Part shown: piece after piece, positions 48,349 through 60,805 of the stretch
Position numbering within the stretch: the stretch's first letter is position 1
Layout: each line of letters starts with the position of its first letter
Origin: an uncultured delta proteobacterium
GTDB taxonomy: Bacteria; Desulfobacterota; Binatia; HRBIN30; BPIQ01
Direction of reading: 5' to 3'
NCBI GenBank assembly: GCA_963761335.1
Contig: CAVXGR010000016.1
Coordinates: 256,001 to 320,000 of the forward strand
Length of the DNA: 64,000 nucleotides
Made by a program: the position numbers and the translations under genes
The notes under the pieces: model-generated
Told to the model about the DNA's origin: nothing
The model's input: the letters and a program-made list of their open reading frames with translations, nothing else
Database searches by the model: none

Positions 48349-48600
48349 CTAATCGCGCTCCTTGCTCTTCAGCTGCGCCTCGTTCTCGCGGATGAAGCCG
48401 CGGATGTCGTCGCCCATGTCGAGCAGACGCAGCCACTGCTCCTTGTAGAGGGTCACGGGGAAGCGCCCCATGCCGTAGACCGAAACGGCGCCCTTCTGGC
48501 TCACCTTCATGGTCACGCCGCGGCTGCCGCGGTTGCGCAGCGCCTCGTTTTCCGCCCGCAGGCGGTCCAGCTCTTTCTGCACTTCGTCTTGATCTGCCAT
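48349..48600 (-). CDS. Small conserved-looking hypothetical protein (83 aa), coiled coil plus PC4-like motif
   Basis: MADQDEVQKELDRLRAENEAL...KVSQKGAVSVYGMGRFPVTLYKEQWLRLL; RBS GAGGA. Hidden inside the longer ORF 48349-49302. Confidence 0.8.
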   Translation of the reverse strand: MADQDEVQKELDRLRAENEALRNRGSRGVTMKVSQKGAVSVYGMGRFPVTLYKEQWLRLLDMGDDIRGFIRENEAQLKSKERD

Positions 48601-48904
48601 CGTTCCTCTTTCTGGTCGCTCAGAATCTCCCGACTGTGTCTGCTTTCCGCCCCGCGGGCAAGGGCGGACGCCGGCTCTTCCCGCTCTTCTGTCGGGGCGC
48701 AGAGAAAAACCGTCGCCTATGGGGCTTCGCCCCGCGGCTGCATACCGGCGCCGCTTCGGAAAGCGCCGGGACGGCGCTTTTACTTTGCTTTGAGACAACT
48801 TCCGGCACCCGGGGCTGCATACCGGCGCCGCCGCGCGGCGCCGGGGCGACACGGCGCAATCTCGTTGCCGTGGGTTGGATCCCCCGGCTACAATCACGGC
48901 GCCC

Positions 48905-49447
48905 ATGCCGGAAGCCCTTCGCAGCATTCTCCTCGGCACCGCGGGCCTCAGCCTCGCCGCCGCGGCGGCCGCCTTCCTCACCCTGACGCGCGGTGGGGTG
49001 AACGCCGCCGAGCCGCAGCTGCGGGTGGCTCTGCGCCTTGCTGTCGTCGCTGTTCTCGCCCAGGCCGCGCACTTCGCGGAAGAGGCCGGCACCGGCTTCG
49101 ACCAGCGCTTCCCCGAGATCCTCGGACTGACGGGATGGTCGAGCGCCTTCTTCCTCCTCTTCAATCTCTTCTGGCTCGCCGCCTGGGCGCTGAGCATCTG
49201 GGGCTTGTCGGCGCGCTGGCGGCCGGCGCTCTTTCCCCTCTGGTTCCTGGCGATCGCCGGTGTCGCCAACGGCCTCGCGCACCCGTTGCTCTCGATCCGC
49301 ACGGGAGGCTACTTCCCCGGTCTGTTCACCTCGCCGCTCGTCGGCGTGGCCGGCGTACTCTTGTTCCGCAGCCTGCTGGTCGTCACCGGTCGTGTCGGGT
49401 CCGAAGCATATCGGCCCGACGAGCCGGTGCCGCTGACGCGGACCTGA
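48905..49447 (+). CDS. HXXEE-type membrane protein
   Basis: Several TMs, HFAEE motif, NGLAHP, YFPGLFTS. Confidence 0.72.
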   Translation: MPEALRSILLGTAGLSLAAAAAAFLTLTRGGVNAAEPQLRVALRLAVVAVLAQAAHFAEEAGTGFDQRFPEILGLTGWSSAFFLLFNLFWLAAWALSIWGLSARWRPALFPLWFLAIAGVANGLAHPLLSIRTGGYFPGLFTSPLVGVAGVLLFRSLLVVTGRVGSEAYRPDEPVPLTRT

Positions 49448-49464
49448 AACCCAGGGGAGAGCCC

Positions 49465-50202
49465 GTGAACGAGATCTACGATACCATCGGCAAGGGGTAC
49501 GCGGTCCGGCGAAGGCCGGATCCGCGAATCTACCGGCGTCTTCGGCGCCACCTGCAGAGCGCGTCTTCCGTGCTCAACGTCGGCGCCGGCGCCGGATCAT
49601 ACGAGCCGTCGGATCTGTCCGTGGTGGCCGTCGAGCCGTCGGTCGAGATGATCTCGCAGCGGCGCGATCGCTCGAACGTCGTACGGGCGATCGCCGAGGC
49701 CCTGCCATTCGGCGACGCAGCCTTCGACGCGGTGATGGCCGTGCTCACCATTCATCACTGGAAGGACCAGAGGAAGGGGCTCGCGGAGTGCGGCCGCGTC
49801 GCCCGCAAGGTGATCTCCATTCTGACGTGGGATCCGCAGTCGGAAGGCTTCTGGCTCGTGCGGGATTACTTTCCGGAGATTCTCGCCTTCGATCAGACCC
49901 TCTTCCTGTCGATGGACGAGATTCAATCCGTCGTTGGCCGGGCTTTGGTGGAGACCATTCCTGTGCCGGCGGACTGCACCGACGGCTTCCTGGGCGCCTA
50001 CTGGCGCCGGCCATCCGCCTATCTCGATGCCAGCGTGCGCTCCGGAATCTCCTCCTTCGCCCGCTTTTCAGACGTGCGCCCCCGCATCGATGCCCTGCGG
50101 AAGGATCTCGCATCCGGCGCCTGGGAGCGGCGCCACGGACATCTGCTGTCTGGGGACAGCCTGGACATCGGCTACCGACTGGTGACGGCGGTGCTGAAAT
50201 GA
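49465..50202 (+). CDS. Class I SAM-dependent methyltransferase
   Basis: GTG start with RBS GGAGAG, YDTIG..Y..RRPDPRI, VLNVGAGAGSY, AEALPF, TIHHW. Confidence 0.9.
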   Translation: MNEIYDTIGKGYAVRRRPDPRIYRRLRRHLQSASSVLNVGAGAGSYEPSDLSVVAVEPSVEMISQRRDRSNVVRAIAEALPFGDAAFDAVMAVLTIHHWKDQRKGLAECGRVARKVISILTWDPQSEGFWLVRDYFPEILAFDQTLFLSMDEIQSVVGRALVETIPVPADCTDGFLGAYWRRPSAYLDASVRSGISSFARFSDVRPRIDALRKDLASGAWERRHGHLLSGDSLDIGYRLVTAVLK

Positions 50203-50222
50203 GTGTACGAAAGGAGACGGTG

Positions 50223-50270
50223 ATGACTGACCAGCAGCCGCTGCTGAATCAGTTGGATCTCGCGTGCGTT
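50223..50270 (+). pseudogene. Possible truncated gene remnant (VOC/glyoxalase-like start)
   Basis: Strong RBS AAAGGAG then MTDQQPLLNQLDL, running directly into a family A repeat arm. Confidence 0.3.
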
Positions 50271-50272
50271 GG

Positions 50273-50317
50273 CCGGTTCTCCGTTCCCGGTCACCGGTTC
50301 TCCACTTTACATTCTCT
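50273..50317. repeat. Repeat family A arm
   Basis: CCGGTTCTCCGTTCCCGGTCACCGGTTCTCCACTTTACATTCTCT. Confidence 0.75.
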
Positions 50318-50325
50318 CCTCTTCC

Positions 50326-53103
<2,778 letters not shown>

Positions 53104-53112
53104 GTCGCCCTC

Positions 53113-54906
53113 TCACGACTCCGGCCGCACGTTGAACTCGAGCTTCCAGCGGTGACCGCGGTCTCGGCTCACACACCAGAGCTCCAGAACTCCGACCTCG
53201 CTGACGCGCGCCTGCAGGCGCACGGGAACGGTGACTCCTTCCTGTCCCTGCCACTCGAGCGTGGTCTCGAGCGGCGCCAGCTCCTCGATGTCGTCGCCCC
53301 AGCTCTCCACCAGAGTGCCGACGATATCGTCGCGCCGCGTCGCCGAGCCCAGGAAGCGGAACTCCGCGGGCTCGCCGACCACCAGTCCGAACTCCTGTGC
53401 GGGCAATTGCACCTCGCTGCCTTCCTCGAGCCCATAGGGCACGACGCAGAGGGCCTTCAGCGGTGGGCGCACGCCCGGCACCGCCGGCATCGCCGTCTCG
53501 ATGCCGATGTAGTAGGCCCGCGGGGTACCGCCGCGAATGCGCACGCCGCGCCCGCGCCGTGCCAGGCCGTAGTAGGCGGCGCCGCGCGCCACAGCGTGCT
53601 CCGGGTCGCCGCCGGCGAGGGTCCGGGCGCTCTCGGCTCCGGCGAACCAGCTGCCGAGGACCTCGATCAGGCGCTGGCGTAGAGCCGGGGCGCGCATCAC
53701 GCCGCCGTTGAAGAGCAGTGCCGTCGGTCGCGCCATCTCGCTCGCCTGTCCAGCGACCGCCTCGCCGTGGCGGCTGAGGAACTGCGCCAGATGGCGAGTC
53801 ACGCCCGGATCGGTGGCGTAGGGGAGGCCGATCTCCTGCAGTCCGGTGCGCCGCTGCGCCTGTGGCCGTTCTCCCGCTTCGCAGCGCGGAAAGAAGCCGT
53901 CGACGAGAATGTGCTCCACCTGATCGCGTTGCACCTCGGCGCGCAGCGTCCCTCCGACCACCTTGCGGCCGCGGCCGAGGATGGCGATTGGCTGTGTCGC
54001 CTGCTTGGCGTCTTGTAGCAGGCGTTCCTTGGCCTCGCGGCAGCTGAGGCTCAGGCTGCGGAACTGCCACTGGTCGAGCGCCGTGCCTTCCTTCGCCAGT
54101 TGCTCGCGCACGCTGTAGGCGAGGGTGAGATCCATGTTGTCGCCGCCGAGCAGGATGTGGTCGCCGACGGCGATGCGGTCGAGGACCAGCTCGCCACCTT
54201 CCTCGCGCACGGCGATCAGGCTGAAGTCGGTGGTGCCGCCGCCCACGTCGCAGACGAGGACGACGTCGCCGATCTTGACGGCGCGCCGCCACTCGTCGCC
54301 GTTGGCGTCGATCCAGGCATAGAAGGCCGCCTGCGGCTCTTCGAGGAGAGTCACGTGCGGCAGGCCGGCGTCGCGCGAGGCGCGCACGGTGAGGTCGCGG
54401 GCGACGGCGTCGAAGGACGCCGGCACGGTGAGGAGAACATCCTGCTCGCCGAGCGGTTGCTCGGGGAAGGCGTGATCCCAGGCGTGGCGGACGTGGGCCA
54501 GGTACGCCGAGGAGACTTCGACCGGCGACATCTTGCGCACGTCCTCCGGACTGCCCCACGGCAGGATCAGCGCGGTGCGATCGGCGCCGGCGTGCGACAG
54601 CCACGACTTCGCCGAGGCGATGACGCGCGTCGGCACCTCGGCGCCGCGTCGCTGCGCCAGGGCGCCGACCACCACGTCGGTGCGATCGCTCCATGGCAGC
54701 TGCACGGCGTCGGCGGCAAACTCGCCCTCGGCGGGGAGATAGAGAAACGACGGCAGCAGCTTTCGCGACTCGACCTGGCCCGGGTTGACCAGCTGCGGAA
54801 TCTCGAACAGGCGGACGGGATCTCCCTCGGTGGCGGTGTCGACGTAGCCGACCACGCTGTTGGTGGTGCCGAGATCGATTCCTACGATGTAGCGCGCTTC
54901 GGACAT
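53113..54906 (-). CDS. Non-canonical Hsp70-family protein
   Basis: Same Hsp70 ATPase motifs (GIDLGTTNS, EEPQAA, DVGGGTTD, LFNGG); ends WKLEFNVR with no alpha-helical lid. Confidence 0.92.
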   Translation of the reverse strand: MSEARYIVGIDLGTTNSVVGYVDTATEGDPVRLFEIPQLVNPGQVESRKLLPSFLYLPAEGEFAADAVQLPWSDRTDVVVGALAQRRGAEVPTRVIASAKSWLSHAGADRTALILPWGSPEDVRKMSPVEVSSAYLAHVRHAWDHAFPEQPLGEQDVLLTVPASFDAVARDLTVRASRDAGLPHVTLLEEPQAAFYAWIDANGDEWRRAVKIGDVVLVCDVGGGTTDFSLIAVREEGGELVLDRIAVGDHILLGGDNMDLTLAYSVREQLAKEGTALDQWQFRSLSLSCREAKERLLQDAKQATQPIAILGRGRKVVGGTLRAEVQRDQVEHILVDGFFPRCEAGERPQAQRRTGLQEIGLPYATDPGVTRHLAQFLSRHGEAVAGQASEMARPTALLFNGGVMRAPALRQRLIEVLGSWFAGAESARTLAGGDPEHAVARGAAYYGLARRGRGVRIRGGTPRAYYIGIETAMPAVPGVRPPLKALCVVPYGLEEGSEVQLPAQEFGLVVGEPAEFRFLGSATRRDDIVGTLVESWGDDIEELAPLETTLEWQGQEGVTVPVRLQARVSEVGVLELWCVSRDRGHRWKLEFNVRPES

Positions 54907-54940
54907 GACTTTCGCTCAGAGCTCCTGTGGGCGCTCGGGC

Positions 54941-55630
54941 TCACTCGGGGATCTCCACCTCGGCGGGGGCCAAGACGCCGGGGTCGAGACCTGCGGTTGC
55001 CTCGGGGAGCTCGACGTCTGCGGCGCGCCACCCGCCGTGCTGCAGGATGCCGCGGAAGGGCGGCTTTCCGTGGACGTTTCCCGTCAGGCGCACGGTCGCG
55101 GGGTCGTACCCCTCGTCGATCTCGACCTCGCTGCCGTCCTCGGCGGCGAAGATCCGGTCGATGCTCATGTGCTCGTGCAGGGTCTTGCGGCAACCGGAAT
55201 GGATGGAGCGCACGGCGGCGCCCACCTGGGCATCGCTGTAGGGAGCGATGTCCTCTTCGAGGAAGTCGATCAGACGGCCCTCCTGCTGCAGGATGGACAG
55301 GAGGCGGAGCGCCGAGGTGTGGCGCGGCGCCGCCGGCTCCTCCGCCTCGGGGATCGCCTCGGCGGCGGGAGCCGTCGCGACCGAGCGCCGCAGTCCGGCG
55401 ACCAGGGCCAGAATCAGACCGGCGCCCAGCGGCGCCACCACGTAGTAGAGCATGAAGGGCGGGTTTCTCTCGTAAGCGGCGCGCACCGCCTCGGCGAGCG
55501 GCAGATCGGGGGCCAGGCCGGTCATGTCGCGCACGGACAGGCCGAAGACCACCGCATTCCCCGCTGCCAGCGCCACGGCGAAGAGCAAGATCAGCACGAC
55601 CAGGACCGCGCTACCGCGGGAATCCGACAT
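54941..55630 (-). CDS. DUF2760-like membrane-anchored protein
   Basis: Two N-terminal TMs, LQQEGRLIDFLEEDI..YSDAQVGAAVR.IH.GC, YDP...LTGNV...G.L.H.GW...VLAPAEVE; RBS AGGAG. Confidence 0.85.
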   Translation of the reverse strand: MSDSRGSAVLVVLILLFAVALAAGNAVVFGLSVRDMTGLAPDLPLAEAVRAAYERNPPFMLYYVVAPLGAGLILALVAGLRRSVATAPAAEAIPEAEEPAAPRHTSALRLLSILQQEGRLIDFLEEDIAPYSDAQVGAAVRSIHSGCRKTLHEHMSIDRIFAAEDGSEVEIDEGYDPATVRLTGNVHGKPPFRGILQHGGWRAADVELPEATAGLDPGVLAPAEVEIPE

Positions 55631-55731
55631 CAGGTGCTCCTTTCTCCACAGTCCTCCCCCGGCCTTCGCCAGGGCATCCGCTGAGTATATAGCGAAGCTT
55701 CCGGTGCGTCTCTACAGGCGGGGGGCAGCAG

Positions 55732-55987
55732 CCGGGGGCGAACCGCAGAGGCGCAGAGAGCGCAGAGAGGAAGAGAACCGCCAAGCCGCCGAGGACGCCA
55801 AGAGAAGAATCGCCGAGGGGAAAAGGGGCCAGGCCACTCCGAGAGGCAGGGATACCTGAGATCTTTCATCCACCTCCGCAGTGGCGTGGCCCCTTTCCCT
55901 CTTGGCGGTCTTTCTTGCCTTCCTTGGCGCCTTTGCGGTTTTCGTCTTCCCTCTCTGCGGCCTCTGTGTCTCTGCGGTTCGCCCCGG
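55732..55987. repeat. ~255-bp nested imperfect inverted repeat (family D)
   Basis: CCGGGGGCGAACCGCAGAGGCGCAGAGAGCGCAGAGAGGAAGA pairs with 55945-55987; inner arms CGCCAAGAG/CTCTTGGCG and AAAGGGGCCA.GCCAC/GTGGC.TGGCCCCTTT. Confidence 0.85.
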
Positions 55988-56037
55988 TCCGCCCCGCCGT
56001 TCTTGACTAGAGATTGCCCGAAGACGAATCTCATCTG

Positions 56038-59000
56038 GTGCAGTGTCGCGAGTGCAGTGCGGAGCTGATTGCGGGCAAGCGCTTCTGCCACTCCTGTGGG
56101 GCCGAGGTGGGATTGCGCTGCGGCGCCTGTGGCGCCGGCTTGGAGGCCAGCTATCGACACTGCCCCGATTGCGGCACCCGCGTCGACGCCGGCGCGCCGC
56201 CGCCGGGCGAAGATCGCCTGGCGCGGCTGGCCACCAACATCCCGGAGGAGCTGGCGCAGAAGATCCGCGCCAGCAGCCCCTCGATCAGCGGCGAGCGCAA
56301 GCTGGTGACCGTCCTCTTCTGCGACCTGGTCGGCTCGACGGCGATGGGCGAGCGCCTCGATCCCGAGGATTTTCACGACCTGCTCGAGAAGTATCTCGAG
56401 CTGGTGTTCCGCGAGGTGTACCGCTGCGAGGGCATTGTCACGCATCTGGCGGGAGACGGCGTCATGGCGCTCTTCGGCGCCCCCGTGGCCCACGAGAACG
56501 CCCCCTATCGGGCCGTGCGCGTCGCCCTCGCCATCCGCGAGTCCCTCGACGAGTTCAATCGCGAGGTGCGAGAGCGCCGCGGTCTGGAGCTGCAGACACG
56601 CATGGGAGTGAACACCGGCCCGGTGGTGGTGGGCACGGTCGGCAACGACCTGAAGATGGACTACACCGCCATCGGTGACACCACCAACCTGGCGGCGCGG
56701 CTGCAGTCGCTCGGCGCGCCCGGCAGCATTCTCCTCAGCGAGGCGACCTACCGGCGGGTACGTGGCTTCTTCGAGATGAAGCGCGTCGGCGAGTTCCAGG
56801 TCAAGGGCAAGGCCGAGCCGGTGACCGCCTACGAGGTGCTCGCCTCGAGCGAGGCGGCGACGCGCATGGACGTGGCTGCAGCGCGGGGGCTCACGCCGCT
56901 GGTCGGCCGCCGCGCCGAGATGCTGCAGCTGATGACCTGCTACGAGCGTCTGGCCGACGGTCTGGGTCAGGTGGTCACCGTCGTCGGCGACGCCGGCAGC
57001 GGCAAGTCGCGCCTGCTCTACGAGCTCCGCCAGCAGCTCGCCGGCGAGGAGGCGATCTTTCTCGAGGCGCGCTGCTCGGCTCTGAGCTACGCGCTCCCGG
57101 GCGCGCCGTGGCGCAGCATGCTGGCGCAGTTCTTCGAACTCGACTCGACGAGCCCCGAGCCGGAAGCGGTGCAGAGGATTGCGGACCGCGTGCGTCCCTT
57201 CGATCCCGAGCTCACGGAAATCTTTCCCTATCTGTGCCGGTTGCTGTCGGTCTCCTGCGGTTCGGTCGGCGACCTCCCGGCCGAGGAGCTGAAGCGGCAG
57301 ACGTTCGAAGCCATGGCGCATCTCGTCGGCGGCCTCAGCCATCAGGCGCCCGTGGTCGTCATCTTCGAGGATCTGCATTGGATCGACGACACCTCGCGCG
57401 AGATGCTCGACCTCGCCGCGGCCCGCCTCGGCAAGGGGAGGGTGATGCTGCTGGCGACGCACCGACCCGACCATCATCCGACCTGGCGCACGCCCGCGGC
57501 CAGCACGCAGCTGAACCTGCGGCCGCTGAGCGACGAGGAGATCACCGAGGTCATCCGCGCGCAGGCCGGGGGGCTGCTACCCGCCGAGATGGAGGGGCTG
57601 ATTCGCCTGAAGGCGGAGGGGAATCCGTTCTTCGCCGAGGAGTTCACCCGGGCTCTCGTCGAGGAGGGATATGTGGTGCGCGACGAGGGCGGCGTTCGCC
57701 TGACGTGTCCCGCAGACCAGATTCCCATTCCTGGAACGGTCGAGGAGGTGATCGGCGCACGGATCGACCGGCTCGGACCGCATGCCAAGCGGGTCGTGCA
57801 GGTCGCCTCGGTTCTCGGCCGCCAGTTCCATCGCCGCCTGCTGGCGCAGCTTCTGGCCGGCGAGGAGATCGACGTCGCGGCGCAGCTGGAGAGGCTCGAG
57901 CGCCACGGAGTGATCCACCGCAAGGCGCTGCTCTCCGGCGACGAGTTCCGCTTCGGCGAGAGCCTGACCCAGCAGGTTGCCTACGAGAGCCTGCTGATGC
58001 GCGAGCGCCGCCAGCTGCACGAGCGTGTCGGCGCTCTCCTCGAGGACGAGCCGGGCGAGCTGAACCCGGAGCGCTCGGCCCTGCTGGCGCACCACTTCGC
58101 CCGCAGCGACAACCGCGACAAGGCGGTCGCGGCGCTGCTCAGCGCCGCCGAGCACGCGGCCGACCTGCCGTCGTACCCCACCGCGGCGGAGCTCTTTCGC
58201 CAGGCGTGGCAGGCGGCCGAAGCGGCACTGCAACAGAGCGGGGGCAGCGAAGGCCTGCAGCGCCTCGCGGTGCGCGCCGCCATCGGCCTCGGGCGCATGC
58301 GTGTCATCTACAGCTTCGCTGACGACGACGAGGCCGTCCACGCCACCCGCCGGGGGCGAGAGCTGGCGGAGGCGCTCGGCGATCTCGACTCTGTCGCCGC
58401 CTGCCTCACCTTCGAGGGCATGGTCATCATGAGCGGCGACCGAGCCCGCTTCGCCGAAGGCCTCGAGCTGGTGGAGCAGGGCTTGACGGCGGCCCAGGCG
58501 GCCGGAAATCCGCTCACCGTCAACAGCATCTCTCGGGGCCTGGCGTGGAGCTATCTGTACGACGGTCACTGCCAGCAGGCGCTCAGCGTTCTCGACGGTG
58601 TCATCGAGGCTCTCGAAGCCAGCGGGCACCGCCAGGCGCTCTCCGACCTGTATCTCGGCGCTCGCTCGATGCGCGACGGGTCGCGCTACGTGGCCGACGA
58701 TCTCGAGGCGGCGCGCCGCGGCGCGCTGGACCTCTTCGAGCTGGCGCGCCAGGTGAGCAACCGCACCGTCTCCAGTCACTCCGCGGCGACTCTGGCGGCG
58801 GTTGCCTTCGCTCGCGCCGAGTACGCCGAGGCCCGCAACTGGGCCGAGCGCGCCATCGAGACCGCCGCGATCATCGGCAACATGGGAGCGGCGCGCACCG
58901 CCGCCTGCGTGCTGATGGGCGCGCGCACGGAGCTCGGTGAGCCGCTCAAGCTCGGCGTGCTGATCCCGCTGATCGAGCAGGACGGCGGCGGCGCCGGAGA

Positions 59001-59448
59001 CCTGGCCAACAAGGGTAACCTGATCGTCGACGCCCTGGCGGCGGCCGGCGAGGCGGCGCGAGCCCGGCGCCTGCTCGAAGCGGCGTACGCGCATGCCGGC
59101 GGACGCCTGCGCGAGGCGAACTGCGCCGCCGCCATCGGCCATTCTCTCCTGCGCCAGGAGCCGCCCGCCTTCTGCGAAGCGGAGAGATGGCTCGAGAAAT
59201 CGCTGGCACTGGCCCGCGAAATTGGCCATCGCTCGACGGCCGCGGTCGCCCTCCTGGGGATTGCCGAGGTCGCCGGAGCCAGCGCCGACAGGCAGCGCGT
59301 GGCGCAGGCGCTCGGAGAAGCTCTGGCCATCAGCCGCAGTCTCGGTCTGAAGCGCCTGCAGGGCCGCGTCGAGAGCTTGGCCGAGCTGCTCGGCTCCTCG
59401 GGGACGCGCTTGCCGGGTTGCTCGGATCAGCAATTGTCGGGGCCGTGA
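56038..59448 (+). CDS. Class III nucleotide cyclase with double zinc ribbon, STAND/AAA ATPase and TPR-like region
   Basis: Four CxxC pairs, LFCDLVGST, GDG, GDTTNLAARL, Walker A GDAGSGKS, Walker B FEDLHWID, GNPFF, helical C-terminus. Confidence 0.92.
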   Translation: MQCRECSAELIAGKRFCHSCGAEVGLRCGACGAGLEASYRHCPDCGTRVDAGAPPPGEDRLARLATNIPEELAQKIRASSPSISGERKLVTVLFCDLVGSTAMGERLDPEDFHDLLEKYLELVFREVYRCEGIVTHLAGDGVMALFGAPVAHENAPYRAVRVALAIRESLDEFNREVRERRGLELQTRMGVNTGPVVVGTVGNDLKMDYTAIGDTTNLAARLQSLGAPGSILLSEATYRRVRGFFEMKRVGEFQVKGKAEPVTAYEVLASSEAATRMDVAAARGLTPLVGRRAEMLQLMTCYERLADGLGQVVTVVGDAGSGKSRLLYELRQQLAGEEAIFLEARCSALSYALPGAPWRSMLAQFFELDSTSPEPEAVQRIADRVRPFDPELTEIFPYLCRLLSVSCGSVGDLPAEELKRQTFEAMAHLVGGLSHQAPVVVIFEDLHWIDDTSREMLDLAAARLGKGRVMLLATHRPDHHPTWRTPAASTQLNLRPLSDEEITEVIRAQAGGLLPAEMEGLIRLKAEGNPFFAEEFTRALVEEGYVVRDEGGVRLTCPADQIPIPGTVEEVIGARIDRLGPHAKRVVQVASVLGRQFHRRLLAQLLAGEEIDVAAQLERLERHGVIHRKALLSGDEFRFGESLTQQVAYESLLMRERRQLHERVGALLEDEPGELNPERSALLAHHFARSDNRDKAVAALLSAAEHAADLPSYPTAAELFRQAWQAAEAALQQSGGSEGLQRLAVRAAIGLGRMRVIYSFADDDEAVHATRRGRELAEALGDLDSVAACLTFEGMVIMSGDRARFAEGLELVEQGLTAAQAAGNPLTVNSISRGLAWSYLYDGHCQQALSVLDGVIEALEASGHRQALSDLYLGARSMRDGSRYVADDLEAARRGALDLFELARQVSNRTVSSHSAATLAAVAFARAEYAEARNWAERAIETAAIIGNMGAARTAACVLMGARTELGEPLKLGVLIPLIEQDGGGAGDLANKGNLIVDALAAAGEAARARRLLEAAYAHAGGRLREANCAAAIGHSLLRQEPPAFCEAERWLEKSLALAREIGHRSTAAVALLGIAEVAGASADRQRVAQALGEALAISRSLGLKRLQGRVESLAELLGSSGTRLPGCSDQQLSGP

Positions 59449-59578
59449 GAAGGTTGGCGGGTTGTCGGGTTGGCCGGTTCCCGGGTGAGGATCGCCGAAT
59501 CCGAGCTTCGTGATGCCGCACTCGAAGACCTCCTGACCCGAGAGCTCCCAAGCCCGAAGACCCGCCGCCCGTATTCGC

Positions 59579-60805
59579 ATGGACGATTCGGAACGTATCG
59601 CCTGGCTGCGCGAGGAGGTGCGCTCCTGGGTGGAGGACGGCGTGGTGTCGCTCGAGGAAGGCAGGGCCATTCTCCAGCGCTACGGAGTCTCGCCGTCGGA
59701 CCTCGAGAGCACCGGAGCGCAGCGGCGGCTGATCGCTGTCCTCTCCGTGCTCGGAGCGGTGCTCTTCGGTGCGGGAGTCACGCTCTTCTTCGCGGCCAAC
59801 TGGCAGCGCATATCCGATCTGGCCAAGCTCGGCCTGGTGCTCGGGGCGATCATTGCCGCCTATCATGCCGGCTTCACCCTCGCCTTTGGCGGATCCCGGC
59901 GTGGACCCCGAGCCCAGCTCTACCCGAAGACGGGAATGGCTCTCATCTTCGTCGGGGCTCTCCTCTACGGTGCCGGCATCTGGCTGGTGGCGCAGATCTA
60001 CGGACTGTCGCCGCGTCTCCACGAGGGGCTTTTTCTGTGGGTGGTCGGCGTGGCTCCTCTTGCCTACACGGTGCGCTCGCAGGCGGTGGCGGCGCTAGCG
60101 GCGTTGCTTCTCTGTGTCTGGCTCGGCGCCAAGAGCGCCGACTGGTTCGGTTTCTACGAGCACGGCATGGTGCCGATCGTTCTGATGTTCGTCTGCTTCG
60201 GCGTCCTGCTCTACGGCGCCGGCAGACTTCATGCGGGCACCCGCGCCGACTTTGCCCGCCTGCCGCTGCGAACCGTCGGCTTGGTGGTGGTGTTGCTGGG
60301 GCTCTACGTCCTCAGCTTCGACCTGCTGCGTCGCGACTTTCCGTCGTCGGCGGCGCAGGTCGGTCCCGGATTGCGGATTGGCGCAATCGTCTGGGGGTTG
60401 GCGGTGCTGGCGGCGCTCGCCGACCTTCTCCGCAGCGGGGGCCGCGAGCCCCCGCGCCTGGCGGAGACCACTGGCCTGGTCGCCATCGGGGCGCTGGCGG
60501 CCCTGCCGATCGCGATGCCAATGGTGGGTGGGCCGCTGTGGATCGCGGTGATGAACGTGGCACTCTTCGCAGTCGTCGTCGGTGCCATCGCCGTCGGCTA
60601 CCGGAGCGGCGAGGCGGCGCTGGTCGATATTGCCCTTCTCGCCTTCATCGTGCATGTCGGCACCCGTTACTTCGACATCTTCTTCGATCTGCTGCCGCGT
60701 GCCCTGTTCTTCATGGGCGGCGGCGTGCTTCTCCTGGGCGGCGGTATCTACCTCGAGCGGCGGCGGCGAAGCTGGCGGCGCTCCGTCGAGGGGACGGCGG
60801 CATGA
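59579..60805 (+). CDS. DUF2157-like multi-pass membrane protein
   Basis: W..DG.....G..I..RY, FFAANWQ, AQIY motifs; many TM segments. Confidence 0.8.
   Translation: MDDSERIAWLREEVRSWVEDGVVSLEEGRAILQRYGVSPSDLESTGAQRRLIAVLSVLGAVLFGAGVTLFFAANWQRISDLAKLGLVLGAIIAAYHAGFTLAFGGSRRGPRAQLYPKTGMALIFVGALLYGAGIWLVAQIYGLSPRLHEGLFLWVVGVAPLAYTVRSQAVAALAALLLCVWLGAKSADWFGFYEHGMVPIVLMFVCFGVLLYGAGRLHAGTRADFARLPLRTVGLVVVLLGLYVLSFDLLRRDFPSSAAQVGPGLRIGAIVWGLAVLAALADLLRSGGREPPRLAETTGLVAIGALAALPIAMPMVGGPLWIAVMNVALFAVVVGAIAVGYRSGEAALVDIALLAFIVHVGTRYFDIFFDLLPRALFFMGGGVLLLGGGIYLERRRRSWRRSVEGTAA

Noticed and set aside
48217..50202. 661-aa ORF as a large methyltransferase (likewise the 604-aa ORF 59470-61284)
   Set aside because: Only the C-terminal parts (from 49465 and 60802) are protein-like and have plausible starts.
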